DNA of 64,000 nt. Source: Eledone cirrhosa (taxonomy: Eukaryota). Shown piece after piece: positions 38,686 to 52,291 of this stretch (positions are counted from its first letter, which is position 1; every line of letters begins with the position of its first letter). Both the position numbers and the translations under genes were made by a program. The stretch spans positions 16,802,001 to 16,866,000 of the forward strand of contig OZ024759.1 in NCBI GenBank assembly GCA_964016885.1, in the 5' to 3' direction. The notes under the pieces were generated by a model. That model had not been told where the DNA came from. It searched no databases and saw only the letters and a program-made list of their open reading frames with translations.

Positions 38686-39850
38686 TTGTGTGTTGGTGTG
38701 TGTGTGGTGTGTGTGTTGGTGTGTATGTGTGTGTGTTGGTGTGTATGTGTGATGGTGTGTATGTGTGTGTTGGTGTGTATGTGTGTGTTGGTGTGTGTGT
38801 TGGTGTGTATGTGTGTATGTGTGTTGTGTGTGTTTGTGTGTTGGTGTGTTGTGTGTATGTGTGTTGGTATGTGTTGGTGTGTATGTGTGTGTTGATGTGT
38901 GTTGGTATGTGTTGGTGTGTATGTGCGTGTTGGTGTTTATATGTGTTGTGTGTTGGTGTGTATGTGTGTTGGTGTGTATGTGTGTTGGTATGTGTTGATG
39001 TGTATGTGTGTTGTATGTTGTGTTGGTCTGTGTTAGTGTGTTTGTTTGAGTTCGTGTGTATGTGATTTACTGATTTATGGACAATCATATGTGCGTATTC
39101 TAACACACGCAGATATACATAGTACTGACACACACGCACATACAGACACATGTACACACAGGCAGACTGGTGCATACATTGACAGATGCACACACACACA
39201 TACAATAACACACATAAACATATACATGCATACACATAAACCTATACACACATACATACATGCATATGCACACACACTCACACACAATCATATGCACATA
39301 CACACACAGGCAGACACATATACATGCACACATACACACACATACACTTGCTCACACATACGTACTCACTCACACATACACACGCAGACATAAACAGGCA
39401 CACACATACACTTGTTCACACATACGTACACACACAGACACAAACAGGCACACACATACACATGTACATACACACACAGACACAAACAGGCACACATACA
39501 CTTGCTCACACATACACATGCACACATACATACACACACAGACACAAATATACACTTGCTCACACATACACATGCACACATACACACACAGACACAAACA
39601 GGCACACACATACACTTGCTCACACATGTACACACTCACGCATACACAAACATGCATACATACACACTCACGCAGACATATGCACACACATACACAGGCA
39701 CACATACACACTCATGCACACACATACATAAACAGGCATACACACGCTGACATAAACAGACACACACACGCTGACATAAACAGACACACACATACACATG
39801 CAGTCATGCACACACATACATAAACAGACACATAGACAGACACACACACA
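38686..39850. repeat. (TG)n/(CA)n compound microsatellite fields; similar at 40450-40590, 46670-47990, 49675-49930
   Basis: Directly visible dinucleotide mosaics; source of the CV and HT ORFs. Confidence 0.9.
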
Positions 39851-40343
39851 GTCTCTAGTAGTTACCTATTCATTTTCCACATACCAAACTTTAACCTATT
39901 TTTAGTCACATTGTCAGTTAAGTCACTCCCCCTCCTCCTATCTCATCTTTTTTCTCTCTCCCTCTCTCTTCCTATCTTTCTCCCTCCCCCTCTCTCTCTC
40001 CCTGTCATTCTGTCTCTCTTCCTATCTTTCTTTCTTCCCCCTTTCTCACTTCTTGTCATTCTGTCTGTCTTTTTCTTCCTATCTTTCCTTCTCTCTCTCT
40101 CTTTCTTTCCCTCTCTCCCTCCTCTCTCTCTTCCTATCTTTTCTCTCTCTCTCTCTCTCTCTCTCTGTCATTCTGTCTGTCTGTCTGTCTTTTGTCCCTC
40201 CCTCTCTCTTCCTGTCTCTCCATCTCTCTCTTCCTGTCATTCTGTCTGCTTCTTTCTCTTCCTGTTTGTCTTTCTATCTTCCTCTTCCTGTCTTTTTTCC
40301 TGTTGTTCTTCTTTTCAATCTGTCTTTCATTCTATTTTCATTT

Positions 40344-40398
<55 letters not shown>

Positions 40399-41799
40399 AT
40401 TCATTACTTACATTATCAACTTCTATAAATATTGCTTTCTTTTAGCCTTCTGTGTTTGAGTGTATGCTTTGTGTATGTGTGTGTTGTGTGCATGTTGGAA
40501 TGTGTTTGTGTGTATGCCTTGTGTATGTATGTGTGTGTGTGTATGTTGGTGTGTGTGTTGTGTGCATGTTGGAGTGTGTGTGTGTCTGTGATAACATCTT
40601 GCCCATATGTTCCATATTTTGGCATGGCTTCTATGACAGGATGCTAACTACTTTACAGAGTGTACTGGGTGTATTTTATCGTGGCACCAGTAGTAAAGAG
40701 ATTGCCATATGCTCAGCATGATTGAAGAATATTCTCTACCTTATATTGTCACTGTTCTTTCATCAACCAGATCACAGGGGGTACTGTGTACATTTGATCA
40801 TGGCATCTACACTAATGAGGTTGCCTCTCTCTTTAGCCCTTTACCATTTACATTACTCTATATAAACTATTATATTTTTGCGGTAAAGGCTTTGTTTACA
40901 TTATATCTCACATAATATTGAATCTATAAGATTTTGATATTGATTTTGAGAACAATACCTTAACATCAGTATGAGTGGCTGGTTACAGCCAGTTTGAACA
41001 GAAAGAGGTGAGAGAATATTGGCCGGATATGGACGGTTTAAATGTTAAAGGGCTAAAAAAAAACTCTATGATGAGTATAGAGCAGGGGCGTGCAACAGGC
41101 AGCCCACGGTACACATTCCGGCCCACCAGACCAGTCAGAGTGGCCCGCGATGACCGTTTTTAATTTTTACCTTGTAGGCTTATTTAGAATTTATTTTGTA
41201 ACCGTAATATGATTTTAACATCAGTATGAGCAGCCAGTTACAGCCGGTTTGAACAGAAGTAGGTGAGAGAATTCTGGCCGGATACAGCTGTTTTAAATGT
41301 TAAAGGGTTAATCTATGAAATTTCCTCCAGTCTCTTACTTCTCATGACACAGTGTTTGCAATTATGGGCAGGGCTTTTCTAATGCAGCAAGTAATAGGTT
41401 TGTAAACATTATATATATATATGCATATACAGGGTGCGGACGATATTTGTTCGCAAGATTACTGTCTTGCTCAGGACTGTTTGGCGGGTTTTCTACGGCT
41501 GGATGCCCTTCCTAACGCCAACCACGTTTACAGTGTGGACTGGGAGGTTTTTACCGTGTTACCTACACGGCCACATTGCAGCGCGGACTGTGTGTTTATT
41601 TTGTCGTGACACCTACACGATCTCATCTATTTAGGACTGGATGTTGTGGTAGCAACATAACTTTACATCGAAGGGGGTGGGGGTAGTGGGATGGGGTTGT
41701 ATATATATATATATAAGTATATATTTGAACTGTTTATACGTGATATTATTGTTATACAATGTTATTATACAATATTATTTATATATTTTCTCTCTTCAG

Positions 41800-42024
41800 G
41801 GTTCGGACGTAAAGATGTTGTAGAGTATCTTCTCGAATTCAATTCAAATGTTCATGCACGTGATGAAGGTGGTTTAATTCCATTACACAATGCCTGTTCC
41901 TTTGGACATGCCGAAGTCGTGAAGCTTCTTCTACGGCAACAGGCCGATGCTAATGCTCGTGATAACTGGAATTATACTCCACTGCATGAGGCAGCTATCA
42001 AAGGGAAAATCGATGTCTGTATAG
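41800..42024 (+). CDS. TNKS: Tankyrase coding exon 2 (225 bp)
   Basis: TTCAG acceptor ending 41799. (G)[11 protein letters not shown]...[22 protein letters not shown]...[25 protein letters not shown] donor at 42025. Confidence 0.97.
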
Positions 42025-42170
42025 GTAATATATATATTTATTTTCTAAAATAATATTGCATATATGTAGCTGTTCGTTAGTTAACTCTTAACATCTTGTA
42101 ATGATTTACCAGAAAGTATAGTATCTTTACAACTGCGCATAACTTTATGAAAAATTGCCGAAAATTTAAG

Positions 42171-42640
42171 TTCTTCTTCGTCGTCCACTCATTCCTGAGA
42201 GGGTCTTGGAGGTAGAGTCCTCAAAAACTCCTTCCAGCGAGTCCTGTCAGAAGCAACGGCTGGATTCTTAAACCATCTTGCTCGGGGTGGGTCTACCCCA
42301 GGATCTCTTGTTGGTTGCTTTTCGCCCATAAAATCTGTCAAGCGATTCTTTTCTGAGACATTCTAACCACATGTCCATAGTATCAGAGAAGTAGCAGTTC
42401 TACCTGGAGTGACTTTCTGATCTACGTGCTACGCACTTTGAGTAGCGTCACTCCAAAGACCCTTCGGTGGAATCCCATTTCGGCCGCTTGTATTCGCAAT
42501 CATATTCTTTCAGTCATTACCCAAGATTCATGACCTTAGGTAAGGGTTGGCACGGAAACCGAATTGACGGTAGCGAGTTTGGCTTTTATGCCTACCTCTC
42601 TTCTGATTACTGAATGCTGAAGCTGGTGCATTACTGCAGT
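42171..42640 (-). mobile_element. RTE-clade LINE 3' fragment with (GAA)n tail
   Basis: KAKLATVNSVSVPTLT*GHESWVMTERI*LRIQAAEMGFHRRVFGV...YYGHVVRM. Same 3' end as at 2765 and 8590-9073. Confidence 0.82.
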
Positions 42641-43009
42641 TAAGTTAAGACTTTTAGTTTTAAGTTGTTCCAAACACCAATTTAATAATAAGAAAGTTAC
42701 TTATATTACTAAATCCTTCCAAATTCATGATTATTTTCAAAATTATTTGAAAATCAGTTGGTATGTATTTTAGAAATATAACAAAGAAAGTGTTAATGTG
42801 TTTATATTTGTCTTAAAACCTTCCATCATAATCTTATTTTCCAAACACCTGCTTAACAATGAGAAAATTAGTTATATTACTAAACCTCTCCAAATACTGG
42901 ATTATTTTCAAAATTATTTGAAAACCATAGGTAGTATCTTTTATTATGAATATGGTAATGAAAGGATTAACGAAAGTCCTGACATACTCAACCCAAATAT
43001 CTATGTGTG

Positions 43010-43760
43010 CGTGTCGTTGGATTTTCAATGTAAGATGGACTGTACCTGTAATTCAAGGAGACAACCTTGTCACAACATACTGTGTTATGTTGAATTTCCC
43101 TGCAAATTACGTTGGAATATTCAGCCACTTTCAATATAAGATGGACTGTACCTGTAATTCAAAGGGTCAGCCTTGTCATACACTGTGTTATGTTGAATCT
43201 CCCTGAAGGTAGACATGTCTGTGGAGTGCTCAGCCACTTACAAGGTAATTTCATGAGCAAGCTGTTAATGTTGCTTGAACAACTTGAAACCAAAGCAGAT
43301 CCAACACACAAAGTTTTGTCACAGATTGTGCTATGCCGAATCTCCCTGAGAATTACTTTATGGGTGGGCACACATGTTTGTGAAATACTGAGAGAAAGAG
43401 GGAGAGAGAGTAGAGAGAAGGGCGGGGCACTTTCCTCTGGTATTGGATGATGGGAAGGCATTTGTTTCCAACACACACACATTGTACTATGCTGAATCTC
43501 CCTGAGAATTTATGGATGTACATGTTTGTGAAATACTGAGAAAGATAGAGTAGGGAGGGGCTGGGGGACAATTCCCTCTGGCAATGGATGATGGCAATGC
43601 CTTTGTTTCCATCACACACACATATTGTGCTATACTGAATCTCCCTGAGAATTTACGGGTCCACATGTTTGTGAAATCCTGAGAGAGATAGTAGGGAGGA
43701 GTGAGGGGGGGATACTTCCCTCTGCTAATGGATGACAGCAAGGCATTTGTTTCTAAAGAA
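43010..43760. repeat. Diverged ~125-150-bp tandem repeats
   Basis: Recurring TGAATCTCCCTGAGAATT..CACATGTTTGTGAAATACTGAGA and TAAGATGGACTGTACCTGTAATTCAA blocks. Confidence 0.7.
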
Positions 43761-43877
43761 AAGCAAAATGGTACAGGAAGAGTTGACATTATAGAATAAA
43801 AATATAAGGACCTCCTCCTTCTTGCTCCCTAAACAAACACATGTAAGTAAAAAGGGTTGTTTTTTTTTCAAACTGCT

Positions 43878-46520
43878 GGTGTAGTGGTGTGATGGTGGTG
43901 GGGGTGGTGGGGGTGGTGGTGGTGGTGTGTGAAAGGTTTATAGTCTATTTTTAGGCATGATTCAATAACTGAATAGTGATGGGGTTAGTGATGCTGCTGG
44001 TGGTGATGGTGGTGGTGGTGGTGATGGTAGTGGTGGTGGTTGTAGTATTGATGGAGGTTGTGGTGGTAGTGATGCTGCTGGTGTTGAAGGTGATGGTAGT
44101 GGTGGTGGTGGTGGTGGTTGTAGTATTGATGGAGGTTGTGGTGGTAGTGATGCTGCTGGTGTTGAAGGTGGTGATGGTGGTGTTGATGGATGTGGCGGTG
44201 GTGGTGGTGGTGGTGTTAGTTGTGATGGAGGTGGTGGTGGTGGTGGTGTTAGTTGTGATGGATGAGGTGGTGGTAGTAGTGATGTAGGTTGTGGTGGTGA
44301 TGGAAGTTGTGGTAGTGATGCTGCTGGTGTTGGCGATGGTGGTAGTTGTGATAGTGTTGGAGGAGGTGGTGGTGGTGGTGATTGTAGTGATGGCAGTGTT
44401 GGTGGAGGTGGTAGTAGTGGTTGTGTTAGTAGTGTTGATGGTGGTAGTGATGGCAGTGTTGATGGAGGTGGTAGTAGTGTTGATGGTGGTGGTGTTGATG
44501 GCAGTGTTGACAGAGGTAGTGGTTGTGATAGTGTTGATGATGGTGATGGTGATGGCAGTGTTGATGGAGGCGGTGGTAGTGGTTGTAATAGTGTTGGTGG
44601 TGGTGTTGATGGAGGTGGTAGTACTGGTTGTGTTAGTAGTGTTGATGGTGGTGGTGGTGGCAGTGTTGATGGTGGTTGTGTTAGTAGTGTTGATGGTGGT
44701 AGTGGTTGTGTTAGTAGGGTTGATGGTGGTGGTGGTGGCAGTGTTGATGGTGGTAGTGGTTGTGTTAGTAGTGTTGATGGTGGTGGTGGTGGCAGTGTTG
44801 ATGGAGGTAGTGGTTGTGTTAGTAGTGTTGATGGTGGTGGTGGTGGCAGTGTTGATGGTGGTAGTGGTTGTGTTAGTAGTGTTGATGGTGGTGGTGGTGG
44901 CAGTGTTGATGGTGGTAGTGGTTGTGTTAGTAGTGTTGATGGTGGTGGTGGTGGCAGTGTTGATGGTGGTGGTAGTGGCAGTGTTGATGGTGGTAGTGGT
45001 TGTGTTAGTAGTGTTGATGGTGGTGGTGGTGGCAGTGTTGATGGTGGTAGTGGTTGTGTTAGTAGTGTTGATGGTGGTGGTGGTGGCAGTGTTGATGGAG
45101 GTAGTGGTTGTGTTAGTAGTGTTGATGGTGGTGGTGGTGGTAGTGGTTGTGTTAGTAGTGTTGATGGTGGTGGTGGTGGCAGTGTTGATGGTGGTAGTGG
45201 TTGTGTTAGTAGTGTTGATGGTGGTGGTGGTGGTAGTGGTTGTGTTAGTAGAGTTGATGGTGGTGGTGGTGGTGGCAGTGTTGATGGTGGTGGTGGTGGA
45301 AGTGTTGATGGTGGTTGTGGTGGCAGTGTTGATGGAGGTAGTGGTTGTATTAGTAGTGTTGATGGTTGTGGTGGCAGTGTTGATGGTGGTAGTGGTTGTG
45401 TTAGTAGTGTTGATGGTGGTGGTGGTGGTAGTGGTTGTGTTAGTAGTGTTGATGGTGGTGGTGGTGGCAGTGTTGATGGTGGTAGTGGTTGTGTTAGTAG
45501 TGTTGATGGTGGTGGTGGTGGTAGTGGTTGTGTTAGTAGAGTTGATGGTGGTGGTGGTGGTGGCAGTGTTGATGGTGGTGGTGGTGGAAGTGTTGATGGT
45601 GGTTGTGGTTGTGTTAGTAGTGTTGATGGTGGTGGTGGTGGCAGTGTTGATGGTGGTAGTGGTTGTGTTAGTAGTGTTGATGGTGGTGGTGGTGGCAGTG
45701 TTGATGGTGGTAGTGGTGGCAGTGTTGATGGAGGTAGTGGTTGTGTTAGTAGTGTTGATGGTGGTGGTGGTGGCAGTGTTGATGGAGGTAGTGGTTGTGT
45801 TAGTAGTGTTGATGGTTGTGGTGGCAGTGTTGATGGAGGTAGTGGTTGTGTTAGTAGTGTTGATGGTGGTGGTGGTGGCAGTGTTGATGGAGGTAGTGGT
45901 TGTGTTAGTAGTGTTGATGGTTGTGGTGGCAGTGTTGATGGTGGTTGTGGTGGCAGTGTTGATGGTGGTAGTGGTGGCAGTGTTGATGGAGGTAGTGGTT
46001 GTGGTGGCAGTGTTGATGGTGGTAGTGGTGGCAGTGTTGATGGAGGTAGTGGTTGTGGTGGCAGTGTTGATGGAGGTAGTGGTTGTGTTAGTAGTGTTGA
46101 TGGTGGTTGTGGTGGTGATGACAGTGTTGATGGTGGTAGTGGTTGTGTTAGTGTTGATGGTGGTGGTAGTAGTGGTGATGGAAGTAGTGGTGGTGGTGGA
46201 AGTAGTGGTGGTGGTAGTAGTAGTGATGGAAGTAGTGGTGGTGGTGGTGGTGATGGTGATGGAAGTAGTGGTGGTGGTGGTGATGGAAGTAGTGGTGGTG
46301 GTGGTGATGGAAGTAGTGGTGGTGGTAGTAGTAGTGATGGAAGTAGTGGTGGTGGTGGTGATGGAAGTAGTGGTGGTGGTAGTAGTAGTGATGGAAGTAG
46401 TGGTGGTGGTAGTAGTAGTGATGGAAGTAGTGGTGGTGGTGGTGATGGAAGTAGTGGTGGTGGTGGTAGTAGTGATGGAAGTAGTAGTGGTGGTGGTGGT
46501 AGTAATGACAGTAGTGATCT
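43878..46520. repeat. G/T-rich triplet-phased minisatellite (GGT/AGT/GAT/GTT)
   Basis: Blocks such as GTGTTAGTAGTGTTGATGGTGGTGGTGGTGGCAGTGTTGATGG repeated over ~2.6 kb. Confidence 0.93.
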
Positions 46521-48136
46521 GTTAGTTATCAAACATGTACACACACACACACATGCATCCATATAGATACTAACACACATACACACATGCAATGGTGGTG
46601 TGGTTAGGGAAGAAGGAATTGAAAAGGGGCCCCTGTGTGTGTATGTATAATAACTAACAGACATAAGCATAAGCTCACACACACTCACACACACTCTCAC
46701 ACACACACTCACTCACTCACACACTCACACTCACACACACACACTCACTCACACACATTCACTCACTCACACACACTCACTCACACACTCACACACATTC
46801 ACTCACTCACACACTCACACACACATTCACTCACTCACACACATTCACTCACTCACACACACTCACACATGTGGAATTAAGAAAGAAGGGATTGAAAAAA
46901 GGTCCCTCTGTGTGATAACACAGCACATACACATACATTTACTCATACACTCACACGCACATTCACTTACACACACATGGGGATGGTGGTGTGGTGGTGG
47001 TGGTTATGGTGGTGTGAAGGATAAAGGATTGAAAGAGGGCTGTGTGTGTATGTGTATGCATCTGTGTGTGTATGTGTATGTATCTGTATGTGTATGTGTG
47101 TATGTATCTGTATGTGTATGTATCTGTGTATGTGTATGTATCTGTATGTGTATGTATCTGTATGTATCTGTGTGTGTATGTGTATGTATCTGTGTATCTG
47201 TATGTGTATGTATCTGTGTGTGTATGTATCTGTGTATGTGTATGTATCTGTATGTGTATGTATCTGTGTGTGTATGTGTATGTATCTGTATGTGTATGTG
47301 TATCTGTATGTGTATGTATCTGTGTGTATGTGTATGTATCTGTGTGTGTATGTGTGTGTATGTGTGCATGTGTACATGTGTATGTATATGTATGTGATAT
47401 AACTAACTGACAGACAATAAAGCAGCGGCAAACATACAGACACATGGCTGTGTGCAGCCACACACACATACATGCACGTGTACCCACACACACACACATA
47501 TGTTCCCACACAACCACACATACATTTATGCACATGGTCCCACACAACCACACACACGCACATACATGTACATGTGCCCACGCAGCCACACACACATACA
47601 GCACATGGTCCCACACACACACACACAGTCCCACATACACACATACACACACATGGTCTCACACACACACACACACACACACGATGGTAGTGGCTATGAT
47701 GATGGTGGAGGGGTTAACATAGAAGGATTAAAAAGAGTTGTGTGTGCATGTATGTTTGTATTTATTTATACATGTGTGTATATGTATGTATATATATATA
47801 TGTATACATGTGTGTATATGTATGTATATATATATATGTATGTATGTGAGTATATATATATATACATATATATATATACTCGCATACATACATATATATA
47901 TATACATACATATACACACATGTATAAATACATGTATAAATATATATATATACACCTTGTAAACAGGGAAAAGTGGAAGTAAAATGATGTTGATGTGTGT
48001 GTTTGTGTATATATGTATGTGACAAAATGGCTGCTACTCATATTTCAGTGCCATGATGTTTGTTGAATGAGGAGGAAGATGGATGAGTGAGTGTATATTG
48101 GTTAGTTAGCTATTGCTGTCTTAGCGACATACATAT

Positions 48137-48168
<32 letters not shown>

Positions 48169-48343
48169 CCCTCGCTATATATATTGGTTAGTTAGCTACT
48201 ACTGTCTTAGAGCCATATATATAAGTTATTCCGGGTTGAATCAGGGGTAACCACAGTAAGTAAGGTACTCAATACATAGCAGAGTATAAAAGTTTTAATA
48301 TAGTAAAGCTTCTACAGGACTAGAACTGTTTCATTCGTGAGAG

Positions 48344-48394
48344 AGCTTCCTGATGATTTCTCACAAATGAAACAGTTCTAGTTCTGTAGAAGCT
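48344..48394 (+). ncRNA. Minimal type I hammerhead ribozyme motif (family A), sense to tankyrase
   Basis: Stem I AGCTTC/GAAGCT, core CTGATGA (48350-48356), GAAA, stem III ACAG/CTGT, GUA site at 48388. Stem II weak. Confidence 0.7.
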
Positions 48395-48419
48395 TTTCTA
48401 TATTAAAAAATATATATAT

Positions 48420-48830
48420 ATCACCTTGATCACCTTGACACCGACCAGTCTGTCGGGCGCCACTCGGCGCCGCTGGTCACAGCACGTTGCTGTTTTAGCC
48501 ATACGATGACGCCATCCCACTGGCTGGGCGGGCAGGCCGTAAGTCTAAAGTCTGTCTTTCTTAAGCCAGAAGGCTCATTTGGCCAGTGCTTATCCCGGCT
48601 TCATGGCGTGAAGCGACTGAGAGCACAAGACTCCCCCCCGGACAGGGCGCCAGTCCATCGCAGGGTTAAACCTCCAGCTATTGCTGGTACTCATTTTCAG
48701 CTGAGTAAATTGGAGCAACGTGAAATAAAGTGTCTTGCTCAAGGAAACAACACATCATCCGGTCCGAGAATTGAACTCACAACCTTTTGATTGCAAGCCC
48801 AATGCTCTAACCACTAAGCCATGCACCTTC
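48420..48830 (-). mobile_element. CORE-headed SINE with V-domain-like body
   Basis: Family-1 tRNA/CORE head (48700-48830) followed by CCCTGCGATGGACTGGCGCCCTGTCC. Confidence 0.6.
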
Positions 48831-49261
48831 ACATATATATATATATAAATAATTACACACACACACACATATATATAAATACATACACACACATATATAT
48901 ATATGGAGGCCAATGGCTTAGTGGTTAGAGCATTGGCCTTGCAATCGAAAGGTTGTGAGTTCAATTCTGAGACCAGGTGATGTGTTGTTTACTCAGCTGT
49001 AGAAATGAGATGATAGGGACTGGGGTCCCTATTATTCCACTGCATAGTGGTCGTGGAGGTGCCACGGCAAAAAAGCACCCAGCACTCACTGTAAACGAGG
49101 TTGGTGTTAGGAAGGGCATCCAGCTGTAGAAATCAAGCCAGAATCGGTTCCCGTCCCACCCTTGCAAGCAGGGAAAAAGGGGACGTAAAATAAAATGAAT
49201 GATGAAATGATATATATATATATAGTTACAATAGTGGCATAAACAGGTACTTAAATTTCCT

Positions 49262-49369
49262 TGGGTTCTGGACCCCAACTCATTCAGCTTGTCATAAGCA
49301 AAATAAAAATAAAGATCTTTATTTTCATTTTGCTTATGACAGGATGAATGAGTTGGGGTCCAGAACCCA
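49262..49369. repeat. Spacerless ~108-bp near-perfect palindrome
   Basis: Centred on AAAGATCTTT (49311-49320). Arms TGGGTTCTGGACCCCAACTCATTC... / ...GAATGAGTTGGGGTCCAGAACCCA. Confidence 0.9.
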
Positions 49370-49412
49370 GAGTGCTCTTGCCCTTTGATATTACTACCAA
49401 ACTTTTACCACA

Positions 49413-49447
<35 letters not shown>

Positions 49448-49451
49448 TGAG

Positions 49452-49494
49452 ATTCTACAGGACTAGAACTGTTTCATTCATTAGAAATCATCAG

Positions 49495-49498
<4 letters not shown>
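49452..49498 (-). ncRNA. Minimal type I hammerhead ribozyme motif (family A)
   Basis: Minus strand ATTC-CTGATGA-T-TTC-taat-GAA-T-GAA-ACAG-ttctagtc-CTGT-A-GAAT. All three stems pair. Confidence 0.75.
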
Positions 49499-49548
<50 letters not shown>

Positions 49549-51926
49549 TTCTCTGTATATATTGGTTAGTTAACTACTACTGTCTTAGATAGAGATTTAG
49601 GTATCTCTCTATCTGTCTATCTTCCTCTCTCTCGCTCTTCCTTTCTTTCTCTCTCTCTCTCTCTGCTATTCCTATGTGTGTCTATGTATCTATGTTTGTT
49701 TCTGTCTGTGTGTGTGTGTCTGTATGCTTATGTTTGTACAAGTGTATGTGTGTCTGTTTATGTTTGTGTATAGGTGTGCCTATGTGTGTACATGTGTGTT
49801 TGTCTATTTATGTTTCTATTTGTGTGTGTCTATATGTTTATGTTTGTATATGTGTGTGTGTGTGTGTGTGTATTTATGTTTCTAGCTGTGTATGTCTTTG
49901 TTTATGTTTGTACATGTGTGTGTGTATGTGTAATTACCCCACCCCCTACTAATTAAGGCGTTGAAGTTGTTTAACAAGATTTGACATTTGTGAATCAGAG
50001 TTTGTTGTAGAAACTTTGTGAATGACTAGTTAAATTAAGAACATGGTCTTTGAACATAACTTAAGAGAATTGACTGCTAAACCTTTTCTCGGTGAATTAG
50101 CACAGTCATTAGGACATTAGATAGTATGGTTTGTGGTATTTATTCGGGCTCTCTGGGTTCTGAGTTAAAATCTTGCTAAGGTCAACATTGCCTTTGATCC
50201 TTTCAAGTGCCAGTCAAGTAGTGGGGTCAATTCTTCTCTGGAGGAAAGAGGTTCCAACCTCTGCCAGGTTTAAAGTACCTAAGACATGCCATATATCACT
50301 ACAGCACCCTTATGACCTCCATCAGGAGTTATGAGCCCATACATAGATATACCATATTTCTAATAAAAGGCATATCATTTTGAAAAAATCGAAAATTTGG
50401 AGGGATTTTGTAACATTATTAAATTGGTGTTTAGAACATAATTTACCAAAGGTAAATTATGATGGAAAGTTTTGAAAACAATAAAAAATGTTGAGTGATT
50501 TTGTAACATAACTAACCTTCTCATTATTAAACTGGAGTTTAGAATACAACAGAGGTTCTTACATGAAATTATGATGAAAAGTTTTTAGATAAATATAAAT
50601 ACTTTAACCATTTCGTTACCATTTTTCTATTATAAAACATTGCCTATGGTTTGAAAACAATCAAGAATTTGGAGGGGTTTTGTAATATAACTAACTCTCT
50701 CATTAAACTGGTGTCATCATCATCATTTCATTTCATTTTACGTCCACTTTTTCCCTGCTTGCAAGGGTGGGACAGGAACTGATTTTGGATAGATTTCTAC
50801 AGCTGGATGCCCTTCCTAACACCAACCTCATTTACAGTGAGTGCTGGGTGCTTTTTTACCGTGGCACCTCCACGACCACTTTGCAGTGGAATGATAGGGA
50901 CCCCCAGTCCCTATCATCTCATTTCTACAACTGAGTAAACTGAAGCAATGTGAAATAAAGTGACTTGCTCAAGGAAACAACACATCACCCGGTCTGAGAA
51001 TTGAACTCACAACCTTTCGATTGCAAGGCCAATGCTCTAACCACTGAGCCTTGTGCCTCCAGAATATAATTTAACAAAGATTCTTACATGAAATTATGAT
51101 GAAAAGTTTTTAGATAATATAAACACTTTAATCATTTCATTACATTTTTCTATTATAAGACACTGCTTATGGTGTTTTTAGTCATTTTGAAAATAATTAA
51201 GAATTTACAGGGATTTTCTAACAACTAACTTTCTCATTATAATGAGAAAGTTTAATAATTATTAAACTGGTGTTTGGAACATTTAACAAAGGTTCTTACA
51301 TGAAATTATGATGAAAAGTTTTTAGATAAATATAAACACTTTAATCATTTCATTACATTTTCCTAATAAAAGACATTGCCTATGGTTTTTTAAATAATTT
51401 TGAAAATAATCAAGAATTTTGATTATTTTAAAAATTATTCAACCCTTTAGCATTTAAACTGGCCGTATCTGGCCAGAATTCTCTCACTTCTTTCTCTTCA
51501 AATTGGCTGTAACTGGCCGCTCATGCTAATGTTAAGGTATTGTTCTCAAAATAAATAATATCAAAATCTTGTAGATTCGATATTATGTAAGATAAAGCCT
51601 TCACCACAAAAATACAATAATAAATATAGAGTAATGTAAATGCTAAAAGGTTGAAATAATTTATCTATTTATATTGACTATTAGGTCACCCATCTGTCTT
51701 TACACATGCGTGCACTTAATGAGTCCCAATATGATGAGTTTCAGGTGTATATTAACAGATGCATCTGGTGCTACTCATCAATGCATGCTGCACTCTTTCA
51801 CTCCAAGAAATCTTTTGATTCTGAAGTTCTTCTGCTCAGTATCTTGTATGAATCACTGTCACCTAACTCTAGTTCTTCCACTGATGTCACACTTCCACCA
51901 TGCTGCCACCCTATGGTCGGATTAAA

Positions 51927-51999
<73 letters not shown>

Positions 52000-52063
52000 C
52001 AAAAACAATGGTTGCATTTTAATAGGGTACGTCAAAGCTTATTTGTAAAACTGTTATATATTG

Positions 52064-52128
52064 TATTTTGTCTGATGAAGGCATACCATAATTTAATTTG
52101 GTATCCCTGAAATATGTATAATGAAATA
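52064..52128 (+). ncRNA. Type I hammerhead ribozyme motif (family C), sense to tankyrase
   Basis: Stem I TATTTTGT/ATGAAATA, CTGATGA (52072-52078), stem II AGG.ATACCA/TGGTAT.CCT, GAAA, short palindromic stem III ATA-TG-TAT, AUA site at 52120. Degenerate sister copy at ~30617-30677(-). Confidence 0.75.
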
Positions 52129-52256
52129 AATATGGTTTTATAAATATAGTTTCCATTTATTAATATCGTATATCTACTCCAAATACTTGTCGAGTGTTTT
52201 ATATCAGTTATAAAAATATTTACTTGTTGTATCCCAACAATTTTAAATAGAACTTT

Positions 52257-52291
<35 letters not shown>

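Noticed and set aside
43962-46712. 916-aa extensin/mucin-like ORF
   Set aside because: Starts in a (TG)n tract, has no signal peptide or domain, and is explained by a triplet-phased repeat.
48905-48980. tRNA gene with TGC anticodon-like loop
   Set aside because: It is the head of a multi-copy SINE, runs into the SINE body and lacks a proper acceptor stem.
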